64,000 nucleotides of DNA, from the NCBI GenBank assembly GCA_027067785.1, contig JAMOVL010000065.1, positions 16,086-80,085 of the forward strand, given 5' to 3'. A program made the translations under genes and the position numbers. The notes below the pieces were generated by a model. It ran no database searches and had not been told where the DNA came from. It was given only the letters and a program-made list of their open reading frames with translations. The DNA comes from Desulfurococcales archaeon. Its GTDB lineage: Archaea > Thermoproteota > Thermoprotei_A > Sulfolobales > Desulfurococcaceae. Positions within the stretch are counted from its first letter, which is position 1. Each line of letters starts with the position of its first letter. Below are positions 10,273-19,667 of the stretch, one piece after another.

Positions 10273-11093
10273 GATGAGGCATTTTTCTTTTCCAGCCATT
10301 TCTGAGTGTGTTTTACTGCTTTAGCTAAGGCGATCATTGGATCGTTTGAGCTATACAGTTCGATCGAGAAGATCGATAATAGGTAATCACCAGCACCAGT
10401 TGTATCCGGATAGCGGATATCCGGTACCTCGATGTATTCGTAGAAGGTCTTCATACCCATAGCGACATGGCTTGGAGATGAGACTAAGAATATAGTTTCG
10501 GGGCTTAGCCGTACCAGTTTTTTAACTTGATACTCTATATTCCTAGTTCCAGTAATGTATTCTGCCTCGTCATCATTCATATGTACAATATTGCTGAGCC
10601 GAAATATTTCTTCGAGATAAGGCGGCTTGAAGTACTCTATCGAGGTATTGATTTCTCTACGTATGAAGCCCTGTATGTCGACAGCGGTAAATCTAGCTCT
10701 TATCTTTACCATTTTTAATTGATGCGGGAGAATTTCTCCCATAACCGGATTAATTATTGCAACATCATATGTATCGGTTAACGTAAAGATAATGGGTGAT
10801 GATTTCTCTTTTATACCGATAGTCCTTCTACCATCCTCATATTTTAGGACAAATATATTTGTCCGTGTATCCGGGTAAGCCATGACCTCTACTCCTATCT
10901 TATGTAACCTATGGATCCAGGAGTACTGATAGGGGGATATCATTGAGACAAGCGTTGTTCTATGTCTTCCTCCATAAACGTTATTGATTGCTTCTATGGT
11001 GTAATATATGCCACCGCCAACGCTTCTCTTAATGAACCGTCCATTAACATATATGTTATCGATCGTAGGATTACCGATCACTATGATCTTCAC
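10254..11093 (-). CDS. PfkB-family carbohydrate/nucleoside kinase
   Basis: N-terminal GNPTIDNIYVNG...SVGGGIYY and C-terminal DTTGAGDYLLS (PfkB signature 2). The last ~7 codons overlap the 3' arm of the RNA-like element. Confidence 0.8.
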   Translation of the reverse strand: MKIIVIGNPTIDNIYVNGRFIKRSVGGGIYYTIEAINNVYGGRHRTTLVSMISPYQYSWIHRLHKIGVEVMAYPDTRTNIFVLKYEDGRRTIGIKEKSSPIIFTLTDTYDVAIINPVMGEILPHQLKMVKIRARFTAVDIQGFIRREINTSIEYFKPPYLEEIFRLSNIVHMNDDEAEYITGTRNIEYQVKKLVRLSPETIFLVSSPSHVAMGMKTFYEYIEVPDIRYPDTTGAGDYLLSIFSIELYSSNDPMIALAKAVKHTQKWLEKKNASSRPATP

Positions 11094-11104
11094 TACATTA
11101 TCCC

Positions 11105-11395
11105 CTAGTGTCTCCTCTTAGCGGTCTCAGCGAGTTTTTCTCTCAATATCTTGGCGTTCTTTCCCCTGAAATGATACTCTCTAATATGTATGATCAGATC
11201 GGTGGGTGAGAAGAAGAAGCTATTCTCATAGTTATAATCACGCGGTTCTTTGGAGAGATCTAGGCATTTGGATGCTGCGTGAATACAGATAGGACAGGCT
11301 ATCATACCTGTTGTTTTGTCTCGGCAAGTCCTGATCTTTATACCGTCGACCTCGACGGTGTAGGGCTCCCATCGTGGCTCCCAGACATACGCCAT
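11105..11395 (-). CDS. small zinc-finger-like protein
   Basis: 96-aa ORF with CPICIH...HIREYH (Cys2-His2-like ligands). Directly downstream of it on the minus strand lies the PfkB gene. Confidence 0.45.
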   Translation of the reverse strand: MAYVWEPRWEPYTVEVDGIKIRTCRDKTTGMIACPICIHAASKCLDLSKEPRDYNYENSFFFSPTDLIIHIREYHFRGKNAKILREKLAETAKRRH

Positions 11396-11456
11396 TAGTG
11401 ATGCACCTCAGCCATTGTTTAGCAGTGCTCAATTATAATGATTAAGCAAGTTTATT

Positions 11457-11531
11457 GGGATGAGCGGTCGCATCCGGCCTGGTGATTTCATCGGCCTCAG
11501 CCTCCAATATGGGGCGGGATACGCTCATCCC
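11457..11531. ncRNA. GC-rich 75-nt stem-loop, unclassified
   Basis: GGGAUGAGCG (11457-11466) pairs perfectly with CGCUCAUCCC (11522-11531). A further AUCCGGCC/GGCGGGAU helix lies inside. No tRNA cloverleaf and no clear ACA box. Confidence 0.3.
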
Positions 11532-11585
11532 GCATTATTATTTAGCAGATGACCTGATAAAACAGTATTGACTACAATATCTAGT

Positions 11586-11643
11586 ATGGGATGAAGAAAC
11601 CGTCAGTGCCTGATACATGATGACCTTTCAGCGGCCTGACCAG
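11586..11643 (+). ncRNA. C/D box sRNA candidate 2
   Basis: C box AUGAAGA at 11591-11597, a 12-nt spacer, D' CUGA at 11610-11613, a 3-nt loop, C' AUGAUGA at 11617-11623, a 12-nt spacer, D CUGA at 11636-11639. Terminal GG/CC pairing. The 5' flank UAUGGGAUGAAGAAA resembles that of candidate 1. Confidence 0.65.
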
Positions 11644-11645
11644 GC

Positions 11646-11870
11646 TCAGCCGGTTGATCCTTCTTCATCGTTCTGTAGGCCGTTCTCATCATTGCGTGTG
11701 ATAAGTCTATTTTTGTAGAGGCTATCCAGAATATTGTGGATCAATAAAATAGTGTTAATCCTATGGGAAGGTGATCTAATGCCCAGTTTGACCAGAAATT
11801 TTACTGATAATTCTCTCCATTTAGCTTCTTCCTTTTCCACGCTACCTGCATGGCCATATTCTTCTCTCAT
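11646..11870 (-). CDS. hypothetical small protein (doubtful)
   Basis: 74-aa ORF only, with no motif. Its stop abuts the C/D sRNA candidate. Confidence 0.25.
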   Translation of the reverse strand: MREEYGHAGSVEKEEAKWRELSVKFLVKLGIRSPSHRINTILLIHNILDSLYKNRLITRNDENGLQNDEEGSTG

Positions 11871-11893
11871 ATGATTTCACGTTCCAGCACTTG

Positions 11894-12541
11894 TTATTTT
11901 GGTGGAAGAGGTATTATTACCGAGTTCTCATAGTCTTGCAGATCGAAGGAGCTCTTATCAAGTCTCTTGACACTGTATTTTTTAACATATGCTATGAAGT
12001 CTTTTACGGGATGTAATGGTAGCCTTAATCCCTCAACCCAGTAGTGTATGGGTAGGACGTTTTTCGGCTTAGTTTCCTCCACTATTTTCCATGCCTCGTC
12101 AGGATATATGGTATAGACGCCACCCACCGGTATTATGAGCAGATCGACACCTGTTAGTTTTTCTTTGAGATCATCACCTGGTATGTGGCCGAGATCACCT
12201 AGATGCGCTATTCTGTAGCCATCGACTTCAACGATGTATACGGCATTCTCGCCTCTACGCCTACCCTGGAACTTATCGTGAAAAGTCTTGTAACCATGAA
12301 TAACTATATCGTCGACTTCAGCATCACCGTAAAACTGCTTGAAAATCCTAGTTGTAGGCTTCGAGACTATTTCAGCAGCGTTATGGTCGAAGTGGTCATG
12401 CGTTATCAATACGAGGTCAGCCTTAACATTGGGTCTCGGCAACCCTATGCTTAGACCGTCATGCGGGTCGAACACTATAGTGTATCCGTTAAGCCTCCTC
12501 ACTTCAACACATGCATGTCCATGCCATTTAATTATAGGCAC
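11894..12541 (-). CDS. metallo-beta-lactamase-fold hydrolase (UPF0173-like)
   Basis: LVLITHDHFDHN is the HxHxDH motif. There are further conserved His/Asp (HLGDLGH, PIHYW). Typical length of 215 aa. Confidence 0.85.
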   Translation of the reverse strand: MPIIKWHGHACVEVRRLNGYTIVFDPHDGLSIGLPRPNVKADLVLITHDHFDHNAAEIVSKPTTRIFKQFYGDAEVDDIVIHGYKTFHDKFQGRRRGENAVYIVEVDGYRIAHLGDLGHIPGDDLKEKLTGVDLLIIPVGGVYTIYPDEAWKIVEETKPKNVLPIHYWVEGLRLPLHPVKDFIAYVKKYSVKRLDKSSFDLQDYENSVIIPLPPK

Positions 12542-12655
12542 TTCTCATCCACCCACATACCATTTATGTTGGGCAAGATACTTATAGCCTAACATTGTTC
12601 TTGAAAAATGAGTATAATATTGCTATTATCCCGCCGTGATCACGGTGTTGTATTC

Positions 12656-14059
12656 ATGGATGCAGCCGTCTTCGGTATCTTGGGATTAATACTGATAATG
12701 ATCCCATCAGCAATACTCTTCGTATTCCAGACTATCATGTATCATTCTAAGAATAAATACCGCGCACCAGTCCCGAGGAAGGACCTGAAAACAGGCCGTA
12801 TATCTATCATTATACCTATTAGGAAAGAGCCATCAGAACTACTCGATGACGCATTAAAATACTTGTCCGGCCTCAACATCGATAAGGAAGTCATCATAGT
12901 ATCTGATGATCCCCGTGATAGGCTTGAAGAAATAAGGGCAATTGTTAAGAAGTGGAAGAAGAAAGGACTCGATGTAGCATTTATTTGGAGGAGCGAGGCC
13001 AGAGGGTTTAGGACAGGAGCTCTCAATGTCGGATTATATGCTTCTAGAGGAAAGTACGTCTATGTTATGGATATTGATAGCCGTATCGACGAGAAATTCC
13101 TAGTTGAGGCCGCTAAGCTCATCGAGGATGGGAAAGCCGACGCCGTTGTTGCGAGATGGGCGCCGAAGAATAGTGATAGTCGTGTAGCAGAAGCTATTGC
13201 TTATTCAATGAAATTCGTTGTTGACACCATCTATAAGGGTAGAGCTGGCCGCGGCCTCCCAGTATTCCCTCTCGGCACCGGGACTCTCTACAAGGCTGAC
13301 ATGCTTAAGAACGAGCTGAAGGGCTGGGATGAGAAGAGGATACAGGATGACATGGAGATAGGATCCAGGATGATGAAGCTGGGCAAGAAGATACTATATC
13401 ATGATAAGTACAAGGTGCTCGTAGAAGTACCTAGGAGATACAGGAGTTTACGTATACAGCAGGAGAGATGGGCATACGGAGCACTGGATGTCGCTATAGC
13501 GAGGTTTAAAGACATAATAACATCACCTTACCCACTTCTAGCAAGACTCGACAGCCTTGTATTCCTGCTCCAGTACACACCGGCTGTTCTCGGCATAATA
13601 GGAGTCATAATATTAGGGCTAGCATGCATTGTCTACCCGATAGACTATATCGGTACGTATTGGTACATTGGTATTCCATGGATAATATCCGCTGCACTAT
13701 ATGCATACTCCTATATTGATTCTCTGAGAGAAATAGATAATGATCTGTGGCATATCACGGTGAACCTAGGTAGATCGTCGGCGACAACAGTCTCACTAAC
13801 CCCCACATTCACCTATGCTTCTTTCAAAGCATTATTTAGGAGGCCCTTCATATACAAGAGAACCCCTAAAGGCAAACATGAGAGCAAAGCTCATGGATAT
13901 AGAGTGCCATGGGAGCTCATAATCGGTGTATCAACTGCTTCATTCGGCCTCTACCTATGCCTGACAGGAATACTATATACTGGTCTCTGGTTCATAACCT
14001 ACAGTCTAGGATACCTATACTCATGCTATAGATGGTTCGAAGACATAATAAGACGATAA
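12656..14059 (+). CDS. membrane-integrated family 2 glycosyltransferase with a processive-type Q-x-x-R-W motif
   Basis: An N-terminal TM segment is followed by ISIIIPIRKEP, VMDIDS (DxD-like) and QQERWAYG (QxxRW), then at least 4 C-terminal TM segments. The track start at 12608 is probably over-extended. Confidence 0.75.
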   Translation: MDAAVFGILGLILIMIPSAILFVFQTIMYHSKNKYRAPVPRKDLKTGRISIIIPIRKEPSELLDDALKYLSGLNIDKEVIIVSDDPRDRLEEIRAIVKKWKKKGLDVAFIWRSEARGFRTGALNVGLYASRGKYVYVMDIDSRIDEKFLVEAAKLIEDGKADAVVARWAPKNSDSRVAEAIAYSMKFVVDTIYKGRAGRGLPVFPLGTGTLYKADMLKNELKGWDEKRIQDDMEIGSRMMKLGKKILYHDKYKVLVEVPRRYRSLRIQQERWAYGALDVAIARFKDIITSPYPLLARLDSLVFLLQYTPAVLGIIGVIILGLACIVYPIDYIGTYWYIGIPWIISAALYAYSYIDSLREIDNDLWHITVNLGRSSATTVSLTPTFTYASFKALFRRPFIYKRTPKGKHESKAHGYRVPWELIIGVSTASFGLYLCLTGILYTGLWFITYSLGYLYSCYRWFEDIIRR

Positions 14060-14135
14060 CCTGGTAGGAAGAAATAAACACCGCCTTAAACAATTATTGT
14101 TTTCCGGTTTCAACCCGGGTTTGGGGTGAAGTATT

Positions 14136-16772
14136 TTGCCGATAAAATACGCTAGGAAGAAATACAGCGATAAATACATCTATAGTTTACTGAGACCATA
14201 TGTTAGGAAATGGTTTAAGACTAGATTCGAAACATTCACTCCTCCTCAACGCATGGCAATACCTCTTATCAAGCGCCGGATAAACACTTTGATCTCATCA
14301 CCCACTGGTACGGGGAAGACACTCGCCGTATTCCTAGGAATAATCGATGACCTATACAGGCACTATGAAGAACACGGCGAGATGCCTGAGGGGATAAAAG
14401 TAGTTTATGTCAGCCCCTTACGTGCCCTCAACAATGACATGTACAGGAACCTGCTCCGTCCAATCATCGAGATACGACAGATAGCCGGGAAAATGGGGCT
14501 AGAACTACCAGAGATCAAAGTAGCCGTAAGAACAAGCGATACAAGCCCAAGCGAGAAGCAGAAAATGGTTAGAAACCCACCACACATACTCATAACGACA
14601 CCGGAAAGCCTCGCCATAGCGCTGAACGCCCCCAAGTTCAGAGAAAGACTTAGAACCACCGAGGTAGTCATTATCGATGAAATACATGAGCTGGCGGGCA
14701 GTAAGAGGGGAAGTCATCTCAGCCTCAGCATCGAGAGGCTCGAGAACCTCGTGGGAAGGCCTCTGACCAGGATAGGGTTGAGCGCCACCATAGCTCCCCT
14801 TGAGGAAGTAGCTAAATTCCTTGTCGGCTACAACGATGATGGTAGCCCGAGAGATTGTGTAATTGTCGACGCAAGGTTTGCTAAACCCATAGATATCAGA
14901 GTGCTATCACCGTTGAAGGACCTAGTACATGCTTCAGCGGAAGAGATCCAGGAGAAAATATACAGAACACTTATAAATTTGATCAAGAGGCACAAGACGA
15001 CGCTTATCTTCACAAACACACGTAGCGCGACCGAGAGAGTAGTGTATAAGCTCAGGAAGATTATGGAGAAAGAAAAGATTATCGATGTGGATAAGATCGA
15101 GGCGCATCATAGTAGCCTTAGCAGGGAGGTAAGGCTTGAAATAGAAGAGAAGCTTAAGCGTGGAGAACTAAGGGTAATTGTAAGCTCTACAAGCCTAGAG
15201 CTTGGAATCGATATTGGATATATAGACCTTGTTGTACTTCTCAGCAGCCCTAAGAGCGTGTCCCGACTCCTTCAGAGGATAGGGAGGGCCGGACACCATA
15301 TACGCGAGGTAAGTAAGGGGAGAATAATAGTTGTTGATAGGGACGATCTCGTCGAATGCACCGTACTAGCCAAGGCCGCATATGAGCACAAGATTGACCG
15401 TGTAAGGATCCCGCGCAATCCCCTAGATGTTCTAGCCCAGCATATCGTAGGTTTATCCCTTGAGAAAAAATGGCGTGTCGACGAGGCATACCGGTTGATC
15501 AAGAGAAGCTACACGTTTCATAACCTATCATGGGAAGACTATATGAGCGTGCTAAGATATCTTAGCGGCAGGTATGGTGACTACTTCGAGCACGCCAAGA
15601 TCTACTCGAAAATATGGTTTGATGAGGAAGAAGGCGTTTTCGGTCGGAAAAGAACCGCGCGCATGATCTACTATCAGAATATAGGAACTATTCCTGACGA
15701 GAGCAAGGCACATGTCTTCACCACTGATGGAAAATATGTCGGTACTCTCGAGGAAGCTTTCGTCGAGTACCTCGTACCTGGAGACCTCTTCGTCTTGGGA
15801 GGCCGCGTTTACGAGTATCTAGGAAGCCATGGGTTCAGAGTGATAGTGAAGCCCGCTGACGGCGCCCGCCCCACAGTTCCTAGCTGGTTTAGCGAGATGC
15901 TACCACTAGCCTACGATTCAGCCCTCGAGGTTGGGAGGTTCAGACGTATCGTTGCGTCAAAAATACAGTCTGAGCCTAGAGAAAGAGTTGTAGAATGGCT
16001 CAGGAAAAACTATAAGCTGCAGAAAAGAGCCGCCGAGAACATCTACGAGTATATCAGGGAGCAACTCCTCTTTACAGGAGGACTAATACCCAGTGATAAG
16101 CTAATAATGATAGAAATCTACGATGAGCCCAGGGAGAGAAACATTATTGTTCATAGTTTATTCGGTAGAAGAGTAAACGCGGCATTGTCTAGGGCTTACG
16201 CCTATTTTGTCGGTAAAACACTCGGGGTCAACGTCAAGATCACCGTAACCGACAACGGCTTCATGTTAACAATAAAAGGCCATCCCAATGGAGACTGGGA
16301 AGCAATATTCAGAATGATTACCCCGGAAAACATAGAAGATGTGCTAAAGAAAGTTTTGCGTAGAACGGAAATGCTCAAAAGAAGGTTTAGGCACTGCGCC
16401 GTTAGGTCCTTCATGATCCTTAGAAGATATAAGGGATATGAAAAGAGTGTTCACAAACTACAGATTAACGCTGAAGAATTACTCCGAGCGGTTGAAGACA
16501 TACCTAATTTCCCCGTATTAAAGGAGACCTATAGGGAAATACTTGAAGACTATATGCACATTGATGCTGCCAAGGAGGTTCTCGAAAAGGTAAGAACGGG
16601 CGATATAGACATAGAAGTATTCGGTCCGACAAGCGTGCCAAGCCCGTTTGCGCACAACATTATTGCTCACGGCTATAGTGATGTTGTCCTTATGGAGGAT
16701 ATGAGGAAACTAATTATGAGATTACATGACAAGGTATTAGAGATACTGCGCATGAGGGGGGTATCTATATAA
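14136..16772 (+). CDS. lhr: Lhr-type ATP-dependent DNA helicase (superfamily 2)
   Basis: Motif I SPTGTGKT, motif II DEIH, motif III SAT, motif VI QRIGRAGH. The long C-terminal extension is typical of the Lhr core. TTG start at 14136 preceded by GGGGTGA. Confidence 0.9.
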   Translation: MPIKYARKKYSDKYIYSLLRPYVRKWFKTRFETFTPPQRMAIPLIKRRINTLISSPTGTGKTLAVFLGIIDDLYRHYEEHGEMPEGIKVVYVSPLRALNNDMYRNLLRPIIEIRQIAGKMGLELPEIKVAVRTSDTSPSEKQKMVRNPPHILITTPESLAIALNAPKFRERLRTTEVVIIDEIHELAGSKRGSHLSLSIERLENLVGRPLTRIGLSATIAPLEEVAKFLVGYNDDGSPRDCVIVDARFAKPIDIRVLSPLKDLVHASAEEIQEKIYRTLINLIKRHKTTLIFTNTRSATERVVYKLRKIMEKEKIIDVDKIEAHHSSLSREVRLEIEEKLKRGELRVIVSSTSLELGIDIGYIDLVVLLSSPKSVSRLLQRIGRAGHHIREVSKGRIIVVDRDDLVECTVLAKAAYEHKIDRVRIPRNPLDVLAQHIVGLSLEKKWRVDEAYRLIKRSYTFHNLSWEDYMSVLRYLSGRYGDYFEHAKIYSKIWFDEEEGVFGRKRTARMIYYQNIGTIPDESKAHVFTTDGKYVGTLEEAFVEYLVPGDLFVLGGRVYEYLGSHGFRVIVKPADGARPTVPSWFSEMLPLAYDSALEVGRFRRIVASKIQSEPRERVVEWLRKNYKLQKRAAENIYEYIREQLLFTGGLIPSDKLIMIEIYDEPRERNIIVHSLFGRRVNAALSRAYAYFVGKTLGVNVKITVTDNGFMLTIKGHPNGDWEAIFRMITPENIEDVLKKVLRRTEMLKRRFRHCAVRSFMILRRYKGYEKSVHKLQINAEELLRAVEDIPNFPVLKETYREILEDYMHIDAAKEVLEKVRTGDIDIEVFGPTSVPSPFAHNIIAHGYSDVVLMEDMRKLIMRLHDKVLEILRMRGVSI

Positions 16773-16795
16773 AATAATACTGTTCTTGAACCCGC

Positions 16796-17551
16796 TTATC
16801 CGGCGCTTTCATTGTTTTTCTCTTTCTTTTCGTCCTTATTGGTCAATAGGACTTTTTCGAGCACTTTATCAGGTACCATGAATACTTCTTTAGCTATTGC
16901 TTCTATGTAATCGTCACGTGGGGCTATACGTGGGAATCCGAGTCTCAATCCTATTGCTTTTTTCGATGCTTCTTTGAATCCCTTGTTCCTTATTTCTCCC
17001 CTAGATATCATCTCGGCTACTTTGAACGCTATGTAGAATCTTACGAAGTTTCTCACGGTTCTTTCTTCTTCGGGGATTGCCTCAGCAGTTTTCTTCAGTA
17101 TTTCCGCGAATTCATCTTCCGTAATAAATCCGAAAAGTAGCTTTGTAAATGCTACTCTAAGCATACGTGCAACAGTATTACTGTCGATCTGGCCCTGCGA
17201 TGATGCTTCTATCAGGTTCTTACGCGCTTCCTCATAATTATTTTCAAGAATATTCTTTATTGCCTCCTCGTATTTCTCCTCAGTTCTGAATAGGTTATCG
17301 AATAGTGAAGGATATTCGTCGTCAAGGGCTAAGCCGTATTTTGCTATAACATAGAGGCTCGCTATCTCTTTATCATACAGATCTGGCGGTGTCGCTTTGC
17401 CCTTAATGGGAACTATGCCGTGCTTCTCATATGTCTCCTTAATTAGTTCACGTAGCTCTTCTCTTGATGTAACATTTCCTTTTCTGATTATCTCGCCTAG
17501 GAGATCGACTATTATCTGGATCCTTTTTCTATAGGGGTTTTTATCGGGCAA
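16796..17551 (-). CDS. hypothetical alpha-helical protein (last gene of an uncharacterised operon)
   Basis: 251-aa ORF overlapping the upstream ORF by 11 nt. Charged helical sequence with a lysine/glutamate-rich tail. No catalytic motif seen. Confidence 0.6.
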   Translation of the reverse strand: MPDKNPYRKRIQIIVDLLGEIIRKGNVTSREELRELIKETYEKHGIVPIKGKATPPDLYDKEIASLYVIAKYGLALDDEYPSLFDNLFRTEEKYEEAIKNILENNYEEARKNLIEASSQGQIDSNTVARMLRVAFTKLLFGFITEDEFAEILKKTAEAIPEEERTVRNFVRFYIAFKVAEMISRGEIRNKGFKEASKKAIGLRLGFPRIAPRDDYIEAIAKEVFMVPDKVLEKVLLTNKDEKKEKNNESAG

Positions 17552-17816
17552 ATCTTTTCAGCCTCTTCTGTTTTTCTATTTCTCTCGTAAACAAGCGTCT
17601 GATCGCTATTTCCTGGCCTTTTAGACCCGTATAAACCCTTACTTTTTCACTATATTTATCCACGATAATTTTAGCTCTACGTTTATTGATAATCATGTAG
17701 ATCTCTATCTTGGTCTTTCTATCTTTGATTTTATCGACATATGTTTCTCCATACCTGTATCTAAGTTCTTTTATAATCCCTGGAATAATGTCTATAATAT
17801 CTTGGAGTGTAGCCAT
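17541..17816 (-). CDS. hypothetical small basic protein
   Basis: 91-aa ORF, translationally coupled to the downstream gene by an 11-nt overlap. K/R-rich C-terminus. Confidence 0.55.
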   Translation of the reverse strand: MATLQDIIDIIPGIIKELRYRYGETYVDKIKDRKTKIEIYMIINKRRAKIIVDKYSEKVRVYTGLKGQEIAIRRLFTREIEKQKRLKRFAR

Positions 17817-18000
17817 GAGTGATCACTGTATAGATCTTGTTATTGTACTTGAGAAACTAGACTTTATGAGTTCCCGAGAAAGAATTAATGATGTAGAGAT
17901 CTGCAGTGAAAATATTATTGTCTGCGATGAAGCATGGAATTTCTGCGATATCGTCATGGATGACCCTCTTGAAATACTGCTAAATACCAGGGATCGCCCA

Positions 18001-18381
18001 TTACTTGTTCTTCCACGGAATATTTATCTTAATATCTCCAAGAAAACTTGAAGCTTCTAATAACCATCCAGCCATTATCTCGGCTAGTTTTCGCCGGGCA
18101 GTCTCAGGCTCTATGCGGACACCATATACTTTCTCATAGGCTTCAGCTGCAATATCAGGGTCTATTCTTTCGGCAAAATAATCAATTAATTCCTCATATA
18201 TCTCGTCGAGCCTGATCCTTCTTCGCCCGATTAGTCTTTTGATATAATCGAAATCCTGGCGAGAAAGAAGTACTGGTTCAACGCTTTTACCTCTGAGTTT
18301 CAATAGTTCCCAGTATTTTTTCAAGAGAGAATAATCACTGACAATCTCCCCGGTCGCAAAGAACGGCTTATCACTACTCAA
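18001..18381 (-). CDS. hypothetical protein
   Basis: 126-aa ORF overlapping the upstream HTH gene by 8 nt. No recognisable motif. Confidence 0.55.
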   Translation of the reverse strand: MSSDKPFFATGEIVSDYSLLKKYWELLKLRGKSVEPVLLSRQDFDYIKRLIGRRRIRLDEIYEELIDYFAERIDPDIAAEAYEKVYGVRIEPETARRKLAEIMAGWLLEASSFLGDIKINIPWKNK

Positions 18382-18718
18382 CGATCAGTTCCACCTCCTT
18401 AAGCTTCTCTCTTATCAGGTTGAGTAATTGCTCGTTATCTTTGACGAGTTCAACTAGTCTTGTCAGGGCATCGAATAGATCATTTATTATTAGCTCATAT
18501 ACTTTGTCCTGCTCATATGGGGCCAGGATTGTAAGTAGTTTTATCATCGTTGTATCGCTTGGATGGGTTTTTCTCTCGATATATTTCTTTACGGCCGTGG
18601 CTGATACGCCGAGTTCGTTAGCTAGTTGCCTGACGCTCCTAGTGGTGAGTAGTAGTTCTATTATCTTGTATCTGGCCTCCTTACTGATCCAGTGTACGAT
18701 CCCGTATTCGTCGTCCAA
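18374..18718 (-). CDS. helix-turn-helix DNA-binding protein
   Basis: SVRQLANELGVSATAVKKYIERK is a classic HTH segment. 114 aa. First gene of the minus-strand cluster. Confidence 0.65.
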   Translation of the reverse strand: MDDEYGIVHWISKEARYKIIELLLTTRSVRQLANELGVSATAVKKYIERKTHPSDTTMIKLLTILAPYEQDKVYELIINDLFDALTRLVELVKDNEQLLNLIREKLKEVELIVE

Positions 18719-18773
18719 GGGTAATCACCAGTACAACCTACTTAATTCCCTTATCACCCTAATAGTATTCTGG

Positions 18774-19667
18774 GTGGCTAGTATTTTGAAGGTGGAGAAA
18801 ATAGTTTATGATGGCGCATTAAGGATCGTGGAGACCAGTGCTCAGCCAGTTCCTCCAGGCCATATTATTGGCAAGCCTCTCCACGTACTTATTGACGGCG
18901 TTGAAAACGCTGTTATCAATGGTGTTTACCCTGTTGAGAAGCCCGTTGTCTTAGGCTCAACGGGTATTATCAGGGTTCTGGAAGCCCCGGCTGCTGATGA
19001 GGGGCTTAGCGGTAAAATAGCGTTTGTATCGCCTGTATCAAGGCTTGGTAGGCTCTCCATAGAGCTTGACGGTTTATTATCATCTTATGTTGTAGTTCCT
19101 CAAGACCATATTATCGGTATCACTAATTCAACGCCAAAACCATTATCCGCATTATCATCTCTTGCATCATTAGCATATAGATTAGCAGTGGATGCAGGGC
19201 CTAACCCGTTGATAGTGGGCTGTGGCTTAACAGGGATTATGACAGCATTACATACTATAGTAGCTGGTGGTTCGCCAGACATAATATGTACAAGGCGTGA
19301 CTCGCTTAGATTTGTTAGGGCGTCAGGCCTAGTTCCTTTACAGTCCATCGATAATATTCGCCGAGGCTACTCCTCAATAGTTTATACATCGTATTCCCCA
19401 TGGATACTCAATAGGCTTGTCAAGAACACTGATATATCACGAATAATTGTTTCGCCCCTAGTGGGTAGTACTAGTATTCCATTCACACGTATTGGAGGGA
19501 GAATAGAGGCTGTAATGCCGCTACCTGATAGAATCGAGTACAAAGCTGGGGTTTTGGAAAAAACTAGGCGATTAATCAGTTTTGCCGAAGCCAGTAGGAT
19601 CAGTGATGTCGCGGGGCTTATACCGCCTGCCAAGCTGGGTGTGATCGTCTCTTTTACTCGTTCCTGA
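18774..19667 (+). CDS. medium-chain dehydrogenase/reductase-like protein (function uncertain)
   Basis: The track ORF (18420..) overlaps the HTH gene on the opposite strand for its first ~100 codons. A GTG at 18774 gives about 297 aa. LIVGCGLTGIMTALHTIVAGG resembles a Rossmann GxGxxG. No zinc-ligand cysteines are obvious. Confidence 0.45.
   Translation: MASILKVEKIVYDGALRIVETSAQPVPPGHIIGKPLHVLIDGVENAVINGVYPVEKPVVLGSTGIIRVLEAPAADEGLSGKIAFVSPVSRLGRLSIELDGLLSSYVVVPQDHIIGITNSTPKPLSALSSLASLAYRLAVDAGPNPLIVGCGLTGIMTALHTIVAGGSPDIICTRRDSLRFVRASGLVPLQSIDNIRRGYSSIVYTSYSPWILNRLVKNTDISRIIVSPLVGSTSIPFTRIGGRIEAVMPLPDRIEYKAGVLEKTRRLISFAEASRISDVAGLIPPAKLGVIVSFTRS

Noticed and set aside
11640-11665. GGCTCAGCCGGTTGA, which resembles a tRNA D-arm.
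   Set aside because: No closing GAGC, no acceptor stem and no downstream tRNA elements. The local sequence is not GC-rich.
18420-18773. The N-terminal 118 codons of track ORF 18420..19667.
   Set aside because: This part is antisense to the HTH gene (18374..18718) and translates to low-complexity S/L/I-rich sequence. The real gene most likely starts at the GTG at 18774.
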